Shown: positions 8,172 through 18,519, counted from the first letter of the stretch. The stretch is 32,000 bases of DNA from Pseudanabaena sp. (GCA_044350865.1 JBILGV010000024.1:1-32000); one strand, 5' to 3'. The notes: generated from the sequence alone by a model not told the origin. Translations and numbers: made by a program.

Positions 8172-11100
8172 TCACAGAACGGCGCGATCGGGAATCGCGA
8201 TCGTAAAGCAACTCCCCAGCCCTAATTCACTGGTTAATCTGACTTCGCCGCCATGCAGTTCCACCAAGCGCTTAACGAGAGCTAAGCCCAATCCCGAACC
8301 TTCGTAGTTACGATTGAGGGCGCTCTCCACCTGTACAAATGGTTGAAACAGTCGTTTGATTTGCTCTGGTGCAATCCCAATTCCAGTATCAATGACGCTT
8401 ATCTCTAGGGTGTCACAGGGCATAACACCAACATTGGCGATCGCGGCATTATCCAGAACCTTTATGTAGCTTACCTGTAGGGTGATTTTGCCACCGTTTG
8501 GTGTGAATTTGACGGCATTATTGAGCAGATTAATCAGCACTTGCCGAATGCGCCGTTCGTCAAGGGTGATAGTGGGCAGGTGAGCAGGAATCTCTGTCTC
8601 CACTTGAATATTTTTGCTGAAGGCTTGTTGCTTAATAAAGATTAAACTCGATTGACAAAGGGTTTCGACATTACAAGGTTGACAAGATAGCTTAATTTGC
8701 CCTGCTTCGACTTTCGCTACATCGAGAATATCGTTAATCAATTCCAGTAGGTGATTGCCGCTTTTCTCAATCGTTTGGAGAGATTGTAGTTGTCGATCAT
8801 TTAAATCACCAAAAATCTGTTCCTGAAGAATTTCCGTCATGCCTAAAATAGCGTTGAGCGGGGTGCGTAATTCATGGCTCATATTGGCTAGAAATTCATC
8901 TTTGAGGCGAGTTGCTTTGATCAGTTCTTCATTAGTGTGTTGCAGTTGTGCTTCTGTCTGTTTGCGATCGGTAATATCAATGTTTAAACCAATCGTCCTT
9001 AAAATTTCACCTTGGGCATTGTATTGGTTGAAGGCATAGGAATCAATAAAGCGGATTGTGCCATCAGGGCGAATAATCCGAAATTCGACACGACATTCTT
9101 TATCGCCTTGATAGGCTTGTTGTTCAGCCTGCTGCACCCAATCTAGATCATCGGGATGAATGCGCTGGAGCCAATCCTCATATTTACCAGAAAACTCCTC
9201 TGATGAAATTCCATAAAGGCTAAACATGCGCTCATCCCACAGCAAGCGCCCTTCATGTATTTGCCATTCCCAAATGCCAATATTGGCTCCTTTCAGGGCA
9301 AATTCCAGACGACCTGATAGATCTTGAAGCGCAAGTTCGGCGTTTTTGCGATCGGTAATATCGGTCAGCGTGCCGATATAGCTAACTACGTTGCCATCAT
9401 TATCGAATTCCTTCGCCACTTGGATATAACACCACGTTGTAGTACCGTCTGGACGGAGATGCCGACCTTCGCTGCCATGAATGATCTGCCTCTCAGGATT
9501 CGCATGGGCGTAGTATTCAGTCCATTCGGCAAGGCGTTGCTCGCTGTCTTCGGGATGTAATCCTTCCATCCAACCACGGCCCAAGGCTGATTCCATCGGT
9601 CGCCCACTTAGTTCACTCCATCGCTCATTGACATAGACACAGTTGAGTGGCTCATCAAAACGGAAAATACCGACTGGAGCCGCCGCCGCGAGACTGGCAT
9701 AGCGTCGCTCACTTGCCTTTAACGATAGCTCCAGCATTTTAAGATCGGTAATATCCGCCGCAATTCCCACCGTTCCCGCAATGTTTAGCCAATCGTCCCG
9801 AAAGGGGGTTTTGGTTGTTTCGAGCCACCCCAAAGTGCCATCAGCCCTTGCGATTTTCTCCACAACAACTTTGCGTTGACCAGATTGTAAGACCTCGGCA
9901 TCATCGTCACGATAGGCTTGAGCCAAGTCCGCCGACCAAATATCAAAATCCGTTTTGCCCACTAATTCTTCCGCCGAAACGCCGCAGGCTTGGACAAAGG
10001 GGGTATTTACTGAAATAAATCGATTTTGTTCATCCTTAATCCAAGCGATGTGGGGAATATTATTTAGCAGGGCGGCGAGGTGATTTTGTTGGAGAATTAG
10101 AGCTTTTTCAGCAGCTTTGCGATCGCTAATATCTCTCATTATGGTCGAGAAACTTTCAACTATACCGCTAGGTGATTTATGAGCAATAATCACTTGGGAG
10201 ACGGGGATTTCTTTGCCTGTGCCATCTAGCAGCGCCAATTCTCCAGACCAACTACCCTTCTCAATTGCTGTGGGTAGAGCCTGTTCAAATATAATTTTAT
10301 TTACCCAGTCAGGATGACATTCCGAAACAAACCGATGCTCTTCACCATTATCCAGTTCGGGACGTAATTCTTTGAGGTGCCTGTTGTGCCACAAAATTTC
10401 ACCTTGAGCATTAGCTATGCCAATATAATCAGGGGTTGATTCAAGTATTGCCGTAAGTCTTATTTGCGCTTGTTCAAATTTTTTGCGATCGCTGATATCT
10501 TGGTAAGTCCCTAACACACCAATTACATCACCTTGCAGATTGCGGAGGGGTAGCTTATTGGTTTCCACCCAAATAATCTGTCCATTGGCTTGATGTTGAG
10601 TTTCCACAATCCCCAGTTTGGCAGTTTGACGCTCGATCACCGCCCGATCATCGGCTTGGTAAACATCGGCTTCCGTCTCTCTCCAAGGCATTTCATAATC
10701 CGTCTTGCCAATAATTTCCGCGATCGTTTGAAGCCCTGCATCTTTCAGAAAATTCTGGTTACAGCCCAAATACACTGAATTGACATCTTTCCAGAACACC
10801 GAAAGGGGAAACGTATCCAGTACAGTCTGCAAAAATTGTTCCCGTTCTTGTAGTTCCTGTGTTCGCACCTGCACCCGATTTTCCAGTTGGTGATTTAGTT
10901 GCTGCAAAAATTGTACGGCTCTCTCTCTCTCGATCGCAATACCTGCAATATTGGCAGCCTGAGCGAGCCAATCTAGCTCCTGCGCTTGAGGTGCTTTCTG
11001 CTCGCGATAATAAATACCAAACGCGCCTAATAAAGAGCGATCGCTGGCAAAAATCGGTATGGACGAACAGGCTTGTAAGCCATAGGTCAGGGCAAAGTGT

Positions 11101-11915
11101 TTGTAATCCTGCCACAGTGGATCATGCGCGATATCCGACACCACGACCAACTCGCGCCGAAACATTGCAGTTCCACAGCTACCAACTCCCTCGGCGATCT
11201 GTAAATTTGCTTGCTCCACCGCCAATGCATATTCCTGCGGCAAACTTGGGGCGATCACATCACTCAACCGTCCATCCCGACAGAGTGTAATCGAACAACT
11301 AGAACCCCGCAGATAGGTTTCCATCGTTAGCAGCAAATCAATCAATACATCTTTCAGTGGTTCTGCCTTGGCAATTCGTTCATGAATCTTTTGTTGGCTG
11401 GCTAAGAGTGATGCCGTGGCTTGGTGAATGGTGTTATCTCTCAAACGTTTGAGGGATTCATGCTGGAGTAAACCAACCAGTTGATCTTGCGCGTCCACGA
11501 TCGCTAAATGCGTAATTTGTGACGACTCAAAGTAGGCGATCGCGGCGTTAATATTACGCAAATTCCTCAAGTCAGATTGTGAAATTATGAGAGTGTCTGG
11601 TGGTGATCGGTGCTGTTTCAAGAATTGCCTAAGCGTCAGTTTGGCGATCGGCTGCTGTTGCGTTACTAGACGCATCACATCTTTCTGAGTCAAGACTCCT
11701 AAAACTTTTAGCTCATCGGACACAATCACTACACAGGTTGATGATCCATTCTCCCCATCTATCTCCTGCCTACTCAGGTTACTCATCTGTTCTACTGCTG
11801 AAAGCACAATTGCATCAGCCCGCGCAACCAAAGGGTTTCGTAGAATCGCTGCGTCCAAATTCCTTAGCATAGTGAGATGCCCCCTTAAAGGCTGACAAAA
11901 GAAAGATGCAGTCAA
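8172..11915 (-). CDS. Sensor histidine kinase: CBS pair, GAF, about five PAS domains, HisKA, HATPase_c
   Basis: CBS-like N-terminus (VLGVLTQKDVMRLV; HLAIVDAQDQLVGLL), GAF (GVGSCGTAMFRRELVVVSDIAHDPLW), PAS blocks, FLANMSHELRTPLNAILGMTEIL, NNAVKFTPNGG, DTGIGI, GSGLGLALVKRLVELHGG. Likely true start MLRNLD at 11870. Confidence 0.93.
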   Translation of the reverse strand: MTASFFCQPLRGHLTMLRNLDAAILRNPLVARADAIVLSAVEQMSNLSRQEIDGENGSSTCVVIVSDELKVLGVLTQKDVMRLVTQQQPIAKLTLRQFLKQHRSPPDTLIISQSDLRNLRNINAAIAYFESSQITHLAIVDAQDQLVGLLQHESLKRLRDNTIHQATASLLASQQKIHERIAKAEPLKDVLIDLLLTMETYLRGSSCSITLCRDGRLSDVIAPSLPQEYALAVEQANLQIAEGVGSCGTAMFRRELVVVSDIAHDPLWQDYKHFALTYGLQACSSIPIFASDRSLLGAFGIYYREQKAPQAQELDWLAQAANIAGIAIERERAVQFLQQLNHQLENRVQVRTQELQEREQFLQTVLDTFPLSVFWKDVNSVYLGCNQNFLKDAGLQTIAEIIGKTDYEMPWRETEADVYQADDRAVIERQTAKLGIVETQHQANGQIIWVETNKLPLRNLQGDVIGVLGTYQDISDRKKFEQAQIRLTAILESTPDYIGIANAQGEILWHNRHLKELRPELDNGEEHRFVSECHPDWVNKIIFEQALPTAIEKGSWSGELALLDGTGKEIPVSQVIIAHKSPSGIVESFSTIMRDISDRKAAEKALILQQNHLAALLNNIPHIAWIKDEQNRFISVNTPFVQACGVSAEELVGKTDFDIWSADLAQAYRDDDAEVLQSGQRKVVVEKIARADGTLGWLETTKTPFRDDWLNIAGTVGIAADITDLKMLELSLKASERRYASLAAAAPVGIFRFDEPLNCVYVNERWSELSGRPMESALGRGWMEGLHPEDSEQRLAEWTEYYAHANPERQIIHGSEGRHLRPDGTTTWCYIQVAKEFDNDGNVVSYIGTLTDITDRKNAELALQDLSGRLEFALKGANIGIWEWQIHEGRLLWDERMFSLYGISSEEFSGKYEDWLQRIHPDDLDWVQQAEQQAYQGDKECRVEFRIIRPDGTIRFIDSYAFNQYNAQGEILRTIGLNIDITDRKQTEAQLQHTNEELIKATRLKDEFLANMSHELRTPLNAILGMTEILQEQIFGDLNDRQLQSLQTIEKSGNHLLELINDILDVAKVEAGQIKLSCQPCNVETLCQSSLIFIKQQAFSKNIQVETEIPAHLPTITLDERRIRQVLINLLNNAVKFTPNGGKITLQVSYIKVLDNAAIANVGVMPCDTLEISVIDTGIGIAPEQIKRLFQPFVQVESALNRNYEGSGLGLALVKRLVELHGGEVRLTSELGLGSCFTIAIPDRAVL

Positions 11916-11961
11916 AGATCTACTTTACTTTATATCATTATTAGAATTACACATCGCATTT

Positions 11962-12879
11962 TTATGACAAGCGATCGCTGCTTAAAAATGACATCATCTC
12001 TTGGGCAGTGATTTCGGGGCATTCGAGATGGGGAACATGACCACTATTTTTAATCCAGACCAGTTTGTTGTTAGGAATTGTGGATTGGAACTTGAGAGCG
12101 TCCTTTGTACCGAGAATGCGATCGCGATCGCCCCAGAGAATCAGGGTATCTTGTTGCAAATATTTTAAATGCTTCTCAAAGGAGCCGTAACCACCACTTT
12201 GAGTAAAGGAAATTAGTGATTCACTCCAAAATGGACTTGCTAAATGGAATGACGCACAAACTTCCGCATCGGCGGTGACAAAACGCGGATCTGCATAAGC
12301 TTTGAGGCTAACTTCACGGCGGACTTTGGGACTACGGAGAAAATCAGTTGCCATCCGATCCAATGGTGGTCTGAGAAATTTACCCGCTAACGAACCTTTT
12401 CGCATTCCTGCACTATCGATTAAAATTAGTTTCTGCACCATGTCGGGATAGGTAAGCGTAAAATCGATCGCCGCCGCCCCACCCATTGATGCACCCACTA
12501 AAATTACAGGTTTAGCGATCATTGTCTTCCAAAAACTATAAAGATGCTCTTTAATTGTTTCTGTGGTAACTCGAACATCGGTAAGTCGTTCAGTCAGTCC
12601 AAAACCGAATAAATCGATCGCCCAAGTTTGATAAGAGCTAGCAAGTTGCGGTAATAGCCGCCGAAATTCAAACAGGGAGCTATCAAAACCATGCAATAGC
12701 AAAATTGATGGATCGCTTTGATTTTTGGGGCTGCCATCGCAGACATAGCTGGTTAAAATTAGTTCACTAGTAAAGGAAGTTGAAACAAGACAAAACTGGA
12801 TTTGATCGGCGATCGCTATGGAGGTTGTTTCTGTTAATTGCGATCGGAGGTTAGAAACTTCAATGGGTAAATTCGACAT
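11962..12879 (-). CDS. Alpha/beta hydrolase
   Basis: ILLLHGFDSSLFEFRRLLP...DLFGFGLTERL...LVGASMGGAAAIDF...LILWGDRDRILG...NSGHVPHLECP. Confidence 0.9.
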   Translation of the reverse strand: MSNLPIEVSNLRSQLTETTSIAIADQIQFCLVSTSFTSELILTSYVCDGSPKNQSDPSILLLHGFDSSLFEFRRLLPQLASSYQTWAIDLFGFGLTERLTDVRVTTETIKEHLYSFWKTMIAKPVILVGASMGGAAAIDFTLTYPDMVQKLILIDSAGMRKGSLAGKFLRPPLDRMATDFLRSPKVRREVSLKAYADPRFVTADAEVCASFHLASPFWSESLISFTQSGGYGSFEKHLKYLQQDTLILWGDRDRILGTKDALKFQSTIPNNKLVWIKNSGHVPHLECPEITAQEMMSFLSSDRLS

Positions 12880-12889
12880 TAGCTGTTAA

Positions 12890-13603
12890 TTAGTTCTTAA
12901 ATCGATGTAAGTGCATTTTGGCAAGGGTTGCGGCGGTAATTGTGGCATAAAACGGGGTAAATCCCAGAAAAAACAAGAGGATTCCATACAAACTGCCTAA
13001 GCCTCGAAAGATCAAGATAATAGCGATCGCGATGAATATAACTAAAATTATATTCACGCCAATCCATAAAAAAGAACGTCGATTAATCGCTTTCACACCT
13101 TGTCCATTCCAGATTACTAACCATTGTAAAACACCAATCAAAACTCCCGATAACAACAGCCAAAGGGAATTAGTCAGCAATAAGGGAATGCGATCAAGAA
13201 TAGTACTTGCAGCAAAAGAACCATCCGTATTGAGTACAAATCCAAATTGGGAAGTATAGGCTAAATTTGTCGCGGCAACCCCAATCCAAAGCCAGCCAAA
13301 GATGCTTGCTAAAATCCACCATGTCGCGGATTTGAGAAATCGGCGCAAAACCAAGTATTGTAACAAGCCCACAAATGCCCCCACAAAAATTGCCCCACCG
13401 ACAATGCCAGTCGCGACAGGACAATTGAGACTTCCAAAACCTGTATGGCAAATTCCCAAAGCGATCAGGTGATCGCCTAAATAATGCACCCCCGCCAGAC
13501 AAGCCGCCACGCCAAAAATGTTGCCGATCGCAGCCCCTACTATTGTGGCAAGTACCCACCGCCACCAAAGACCGACACTCGATAAAGGGCGTTGCTGTTG
13601 CAT
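12890..13603 (-). CDS. Hypothetical multi-pass membrane protein
   Basis: Several hydrophobic segments (VLATIVGAAIGNIFGVAACLAG; GAIFVGAFVGLLQYLVL); start codon directly abuts the stop of the upstream gene. Confidence 0.7.
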   Translation of the reverse strand: MQQQRPLSSVGLWWRWVLATIVGAAIGNIFGVAACLAGVHYLGDHLIALGICHTGFGSLNCPVATGIVGGAIFVGAFVGLLQYLVLRRFLKSATWWILASIFGWLWIGVAATNLAYTSQFGFVLNTDGSFAASTILDRIPLLLTNSLWLLLSGVLIGVLQWLVIWNGQGVKAINRRSFLWIGVNIILVIFIAIAIILIFRGLGSLYGILLFFLGFTPFYATITAATLAKMHLHRFKN

Positions 13604-15121
13604 CTAAATTAACTCTTCGGTGACAATCCTACGCAAAATTTCCGCGACCGTAGCAGCCATTATGACATCAATTTCTAAAGCTTCGCGATCAGGATTTTTG
13701 AGATCGAGAACAGCGCGAAGGGTCATATTCACAGAACGGAGTTTTGGTAATGGTTGATCATGAGTCTCAGCAAGGCGATCGACAAATTGAATACAGGCTG
13801 TATAGGTCAATTCTGTACATTTACGCTGATCACTATAGCCAAATCCCATTTTGGAAATCACCACGGGATCACCGATGAAATATTGTAAACCCAAAGCGGC
13901 GATCGCTGCATCTACATATCTCGCTGTATCCTGCCCCATTGAGACAATCAAGGTGCTTAAGCTATGCCATTGCGCCGCAGGTAGGCGATCGCTTGGTGGT
14001 ATATGGCGATGCCAAGATATTTGAGAAATAATTCTGGTGAGATCGTAAGCCGAAATAAAATTATCGCCACGATGAGGTTCTTTAGAAAATTCAAAAATCG
14101 GATTGCCAACCGAGTCAAGCAATAGCGGCTTTTCGATAAATGGCTTTTCGCCGTAACGTCCTTGAAAAGTGAGAGATTGATTACCAGTGATTCCTTTTAA
14201 CCAATTTTGTAACTCTAGGGGTGTCGTAAACTGCTTAAACATAGCTGCTAAAGCATTGGAAGACATGCCATCAGATTCATCGTAATCACACATGCGTTGA
14301 GCCATCGCCGCAAATGTGCGATATGAGCGTGTATTTTGAGAGTCAGCAATTATGCAGGAGGAGATCGCTTGATTCGGTTTAGATTGGTTTGCCTTACAAA
14401 TGGTATGTAACAATGGCAATATTTTCGTGGAACTCCAAAACTGGACATTTCGCAAAGGATTTCGACCAATCCAACGGGTCAACATTTGCCCATTCACCAC
14501 GCTACCGATACAAACACAGGCTTCTTGGATGTTGCTACTGAGAAACTCCAAGCCAATATTTTCGATATTGGGAATTTGCCCAAGTCTTGGGTAGGGACGA
14601 AAGCGCACCCGCACTTGCGAGCCTCTTAACATGGCAACTTCACCATAGGAAACGACATTTACACCATCAGGCAAACTGGCGAGGCGATCGGGATAGGTTT
14701 GAATATGGCTGACAAATGGCGATGGTGCAAAGTTACGACTGGGCAGGCTATTCATTTTTCCTGCAATACAACCATTAAATCCGCGATCGAGAAAGCCTAA
14801 ATGATTTTCATCAGCTTGCCCCATATTCACGAATATGCGCTGAGCATTCATAAATTTCTGGTATAGGCGATCGCCATCTCCTGTAATTTGCTGTAAATGC
14901 CTAACCACCGCAGGGCTTTGCAAAAGATTATTTGTAATTGCTTGAGAGGTAGCATCCAAGATCGTATCAAGGCTAAGAGCATTGGCAAACTGAGCAAAAG
15001 CAATTTCGGTTAATTTGCCATAGAGGCCGTCAACTTCACCATCGTATAGCCCTAAACGCTGCAAACCTGTCTGAGCTTGGGTTAATTCCTCTCCCAAAAG
15101 CTTTACCTCTATTACCGCCAT
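13604..15121 (-). CDS. Peptidoglycan-binding-like N-terminus plus possible SxxK (beta-lactamase/PBP-like) domain, hypothetical
   Basis: LTQAQTGLQRLGLYDGEVDGLYGKLTEIAFAQF resembles PG_binding_1; later NVQFWSSTKILPLLHTI contains an SxxK motif. Confidence 0.6.
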   Translation of the reverse strand: MAVIEVKLLGEELTQAQTGLQRLGLYDGEVDGLYGKLTEIAFAQFANALSLDTILDATSQAITNNLLQSPAVVRHLQQITGDGDRLYQKFMNAQRIFVNMGQADENHLGFLDRGFNGCIAGKMNSLPSRNFAPSPFVSHIQTYPDRLASLPDGVNVVSYGEVAMLRGSQVRVRFRPYPRLGQIPNIENIGLEFLSSNIQEACVCIGSVVNGQMLTRWIGRNPLRNVQFWSSTKILPLLHTICKANQSKPNQAISSCIIADSQNTRSYRTFAAMAQRMCDYDESDGMSSNALAAMFKQFTTPLELQNWLKGITGNQSLTFQGRYGEKPFIEKPLLLDSVGNPIFEFSKEPHRGDNFISAYDLTRIISQISWHRHIPPSDRLPAAQWHSLSTLIVSMGQDTARYVDAAIAALGLQYFIGDPVVISKMGFGYSDQRKCTELTYTACIQFVDRLAETHDQPLPKLRSVNMTLRAVLDLKNPDREALEIDVIMAATVAEILRRIVTEELI

Positions 15122-15271
15122 TGATTGCCTCTGCTTAAAGAAAGCTTAATTTTTTGCTGAATTTGCTGGATTTATTGGTTATGGTGGCGCTATTAGTGGC
15201 GATCACTATTAATAGTTTATCTATAAGTCAGGCGATCGCGATGTATCCCAGTTTTTGTAAAGGAAAAATAT

Positions 15272-15661
15272 TTACACATTCACCTTATAGTTCAGGCTTA
15301 GCTCATCGCCAGCGACTCCACGAATTGCCCAATTATATTTCGGTGTCTCGATTAGAATAATTTCAATATCCAATGGCTCTATGCTCAAATTATCCTTGAG
15401 TCTTTCAAATAGCAAACGATATAGATGTTTTTTCGCGTCCACTGAACGCCCTTCAAACATCAGGATTTCGATGATGATATATTGCTCAGTGCGATCGCTA
15501 GGATATTCAAAGTCTTCAGCTTGCAATGGAAAGAATCGCTGAAATTTCTTTTCGATGGGATAATTCAGCGCATCAACGATACAGGAATGGATCGTAGTCG
15601 ATAGAGTTTCGCGATTTTGCTGAATGAAATTAGCATTTCCGTAGATTTTCGTTTGGGGCAT
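15272..15661 (-). CDS. Tautomerase family protein
   Basis: TEQYIIIEILMFEGRSVDAKKHLYRLLFERLKDNLSIEPLDIEIILIETPKYNWAIRGVAGDEL. Confidence 0.75.
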   Translation of the reverse strand: MPQTKIYGNANFIQQNRETLSTTIHSCIVDALNYPIEKKFQRFFPLQAEDFEYPSDRTEQYIIIEILMFEGRSVDAKKHLYRLLFERLKDNLSIEPLDIEIILIETPKYNWAIRGVAGDELSLNYKVNV

Positions 15662-15736
15662 AACTGAATTTTAAGAATATTTATTGTTTATTTGTTTGTA
15701 TTTTACAGGTAGGCGATCGCGCATAACCTTAACGAT

Positions 15737-16474
15737 TCAGTCCATTACATCAACTGCTTTTACCGCGCTCATTAGATTTTGAGTAAAGACTGCATATCCA
15801 CTTGGGCAATGAGTTTTTATAACTGCTAAATCTATGTCATGAGCCAAATTCCAGCGAATCTGTAGTGGGCGTTGATTGCTGGTATTCTCGTCAAGATAGG
15901 TGGATTGGGCGATCGCGCTTTCTAAAATTTCTTTTGAATTTTCTAAATCTTCTAAGTTTTCCAGCTTTTCAATCTCTACACCTAAAATCCCTGAAACAGT
16001 CTGAGTATCGGCAAGTAACCATGTTTCAAAATTTCTAATCGCTAATCCACCCGCACTGCGATCGCTAATTTCCTGTTCATCAGCATCTAAATGATTACTA
16101 CGAATTTTAGCTAAAGCAAGTTCTAAATCACGCTGTCTCTTAGGCAAAATGTCATCAGCATCAGCCACAATCAAAATCATATCGACCTCTTCAGGTTTCC
16201 ACGCGATGACCACTTGGGCGAGATATTTTGGCTGTAAAATTGAGTGTCCAGTACCCCGCGTAAAAAGCCCACTTTCATGATTTGTAGGATGTCGTTGCAC
16301 AAAGTCACAATCTAAACCAATACCTTGAATTTCTCGTCTAATCAGCGTATGCAAAGCACCTTCTTTACCTCTTTCAATAACTTTGCCACCATCTTCTGGG
16401 TTGATGTATGGAATACTTGCACCGAGTTCTGCTTCACCTTCAGCAATTAGTCCAATCCGAATCCGACGATTCAT
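15737..16474 (-). CDS. DUF4276-like / Toprim-like protein paired with AAA ATPase
   Basis: N-terminal IRIGLIAEGEAELGA, later VDMILIVADADDILPKRQRDLELAL and RNFETWLLAD; 4-nt overlap with the ATPase gene. Confidence 0.6.
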   Translation of the reverse strand: MNRRIRIGLIAEGEAELGASIPYINPEDGGKVIERGKEGALHTLIRREIQGIGLDCDFVQRHPTNHESGLFTRGTGHSILQPKYLAQVVIAWKPEEVDMILIVADADDILPKRQRDLELALAKIRSNHLDADEQEISDRSAGGLAIRNFETWLLADTQTVSGILGVEIEKLENLEDLENSKEILESAIAQSTYLDENTSNQRPLQIRWNLAHDIDLAVIKTHCPSGYAVFTQNLMSAVKAVDVMD

Positions 16475-17661
16475 GCAGGATTGCCTCCAAACTGGTTAGT
16501 AAACCAAAGCTCACCGAGAGAGCCATCATAGGCTTCGAGAGCTTTTTGAAAACGCACAGAATCTGTGGGTAAATTATGGACTTGGGTTTTACCTTCATTG
16601 TCAAGCTCTACAGCGCGAACTTGGTGCGGCTCGACATAATTTAGTAATACTGGTGAATGGGTTGTAATCAATACCTGAACTGGCTTACCTGTAATCCCTT
16701 CTGTGGAAACAAGTTTTAATAGCTCTATCATTTTATGTAATAACCAAGGATGCACACCATTTTCAATTTCTTCAAAGCAAATAATACTTGGAGTATCTTC
16801 TTGGTATAACGCTGTTAGAAAAGCTAAAATTCTTAATGTCCCATCAGATATATCAGAAGCAGGAATAGGCGTTTCCGAATATTTATCAATTAACTGCAAT
16901 GAAAAAGTTTGATCTTTACCACGCAGTAATGAGATTCTTTGAATATTAGGAACTAGTAATCTTAGACGTTCTTCTAACTCATCAAAACTTTTACGATTAC
17001 TAAATAAAATGTCGGCTAAAGCATAAGAAATCCCCTCTCCTGTTCTTTCCATGTTGCTAAATGATTGCACTTCGTCAGACAAACTTAACGGTGCGAAATC
17101 ATAAATACAAATCTTACGCAGGGCGCTAGCTATGGGAGAAGATTGATAATTATTAGAAACCAAAAATGTTCTTAAGGGTTCTGTCCATTTATCTGAACAA
17201 CGAATGTCAACGGCTATATTGTCAGAACCAACTAGGGCATTTTGAAAAGTATCTATGCTAAAGCTTTGCTGATGATAGTTAAAACTTGCTACAAGTTCAG
17301 AAAATCTTGGTAAATCAATATTTTTTTCTAATGTCGTGCTGATCATAAAGCAAATATGATCTAGACTTCCATGCCAAAACTTAGACTCAATATTCCGTTG
17401 TTTTTTACTTATGCTTTCTAATGATTGAGAGAAAAAATCTTTGACTAGATTATTACTCGATATGTTTATCAGCCTTTGTAAACAATTAGAAAATACAAAT
17501 AGCGATTCACAAATATTTGATTTCCCAGAGCCATTTGGTCCTATGAAAACTGTTAGTGGTTGGAGATCGATTTCGGTATCAAAGAGGCTCTTATAGTGTT
17601 GAACTTTGAGTTTAGTTAACATCTGTTTGGTGGTTGAGGTCAAATATTGAATTAGAGTCAT
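16471..17661 (-). CDS. AAA family ATPase (SMC/OLD-like ABC ATPase)
   Basis: LKVQHYKSLFDTEIDLQPLTVFIGPNGSGKSNICESL, ISDGTLRILAFLTALY, PSIICFEEIENGVHP, VLITTHSPVLLNYV. Confidence 0.93.
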   Translation of the reverse strand: MTLIQYLTSTTKQMLTKLKVQHYKSLFDTEIDLQPLTVFIGPNGSGKSNICESLFVFSNCLQRLINISSNNLVKDFFSQSLESISKKQRNIESKFWHGSLDHICFMISTTLEKNIDLPRFSELVASFNYHQQSFSIDTFQNALVGSDNIAVDIRCSDKWTEPLRTFLVSNNYQSSPIASALRKICIYDFAPLSLSDEVQSFSNMERTGEGISYALADILFSNRKSFDELEERLRLLVPNIQRISLLRGKDQTFSLQLIDKYSETPIPASDISDGTLRILAFLTALYQEDTPSIICFEEIENGVHPWLLHKMIELLKLVSTEGITGKPVQVLITTHSPVLLNYVEPHQVRAVELDNEGKTQVHNLPTDSVRFQKALEAYDGSLGELWFTNQFGGNPA

Positions 17662-17669
17662 ACTTTATT

Positions 17670-18422
17670 TTACAGGTAAGCGATCGCACATAAACTTAGC
17701 GTCTCAGTCCATTCGACGATCGCCCCGTAAGTATCACCAGTCTGTCCACCAAGTTGACGGTTAAACCAAGCACCGATGAGCCATGCCAAGCTAAAACCAA
17801 TTACCGTTAAGCCAATCCCTAAATAAAGTGAGTTGTAAACATAGGCGATCGCCAAATTACCCATCGTTAACAAGATCGCCACTAGCCACACTTGCCAATG
17901 ATGCAAATCCTCTTGATGAAATTTGCCCTTACCGATCGCCTTGAGATAGGGATAAGCCATAATTGCCCGTAACTGTCCCCACCTTGCCCATGCCCAAACG
18001 CTAGTCAAAATCCAAAAACGATGATCTTTAATCGCAGCGAGAGCGACAACTTTTAATAACAAAATCACAATTCCTGCGATCGCCCCGAAAGCACCTGTAT
18101 TACTATCCGCCATCACCTCAAGGCGGCGATTCGGATCGGTGACAGCCAGACCATCGGCGGTATCCATTGCCCCATCAAGATGCAAACCACCTGTGATTAA
18201 TAAGCCTAATAAAATCGTGACGAGCGATCGCAGATAAATAAATTCTGATGCAGGTTTAATGAGTCCTAAAGCAAAGTCCAGAGAAGCGATCGCGCTACCG
18301 ATGAAAATACCGATCAAGGGAGCATAGAGAGCAATTCCTCGAAAATCTAATGTTCCTTGAGGGCGCAGAGGCAAACAAGTATAAAAAATTAGTGCTGCTT
18401 GAAATTTTCGCCAATGATACAT
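17670..18422 (-). CDS. cobS: Adenosylcobinamide-GDP ribazoletransferase
   Basis: FQAALIFYTCLPLR...GLLITGGLHLDGAMDTADGLAVTDPNRRLEVMADSNTGAFGAIAGIVILLLKVVAL...GGQTGDTYGA. Confidence 0.95.
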   Translation of the reverse strand: MYHWRKFQAALIFYTCLPLRPQGTLDFRGIALYAPLIGIFIGSAIASLDFALGLIKPASEFIYLRSLVTILLGLLITGGLHLDGAMDTADGLAVTDPNRRLEVMADSNTGAFGAIAGIVILLLKVVALAAIKDHRFWILTSVWAWARWGQLRAIMAYPYLKAIGKGKFHQEDLHHWQVWLVAILLTMGNLAIAYVYNSLYLGIGLTVIGFSLAWLIGAWFNRQLGGQTGDTYGAIVEWTETLSLCAIAYL

Positions 18423-18519
18423 TTAAGTAGAGAGAATAAAGCACTATTTTCACTTTATTATGTGTTCAAATGACCATAGGATAGAGCATTGATGCTGATA
18501 TTAAAATGCTTTGTAGACT

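Noticed and set aside
15154-15360. 68-aa plus-strand ORF with a hydrophobic N-terminus
   Set aside because: Its second half is antisense to the tautomerase gene and no ribosome-binding or family evidence was seen; considered but not supported.
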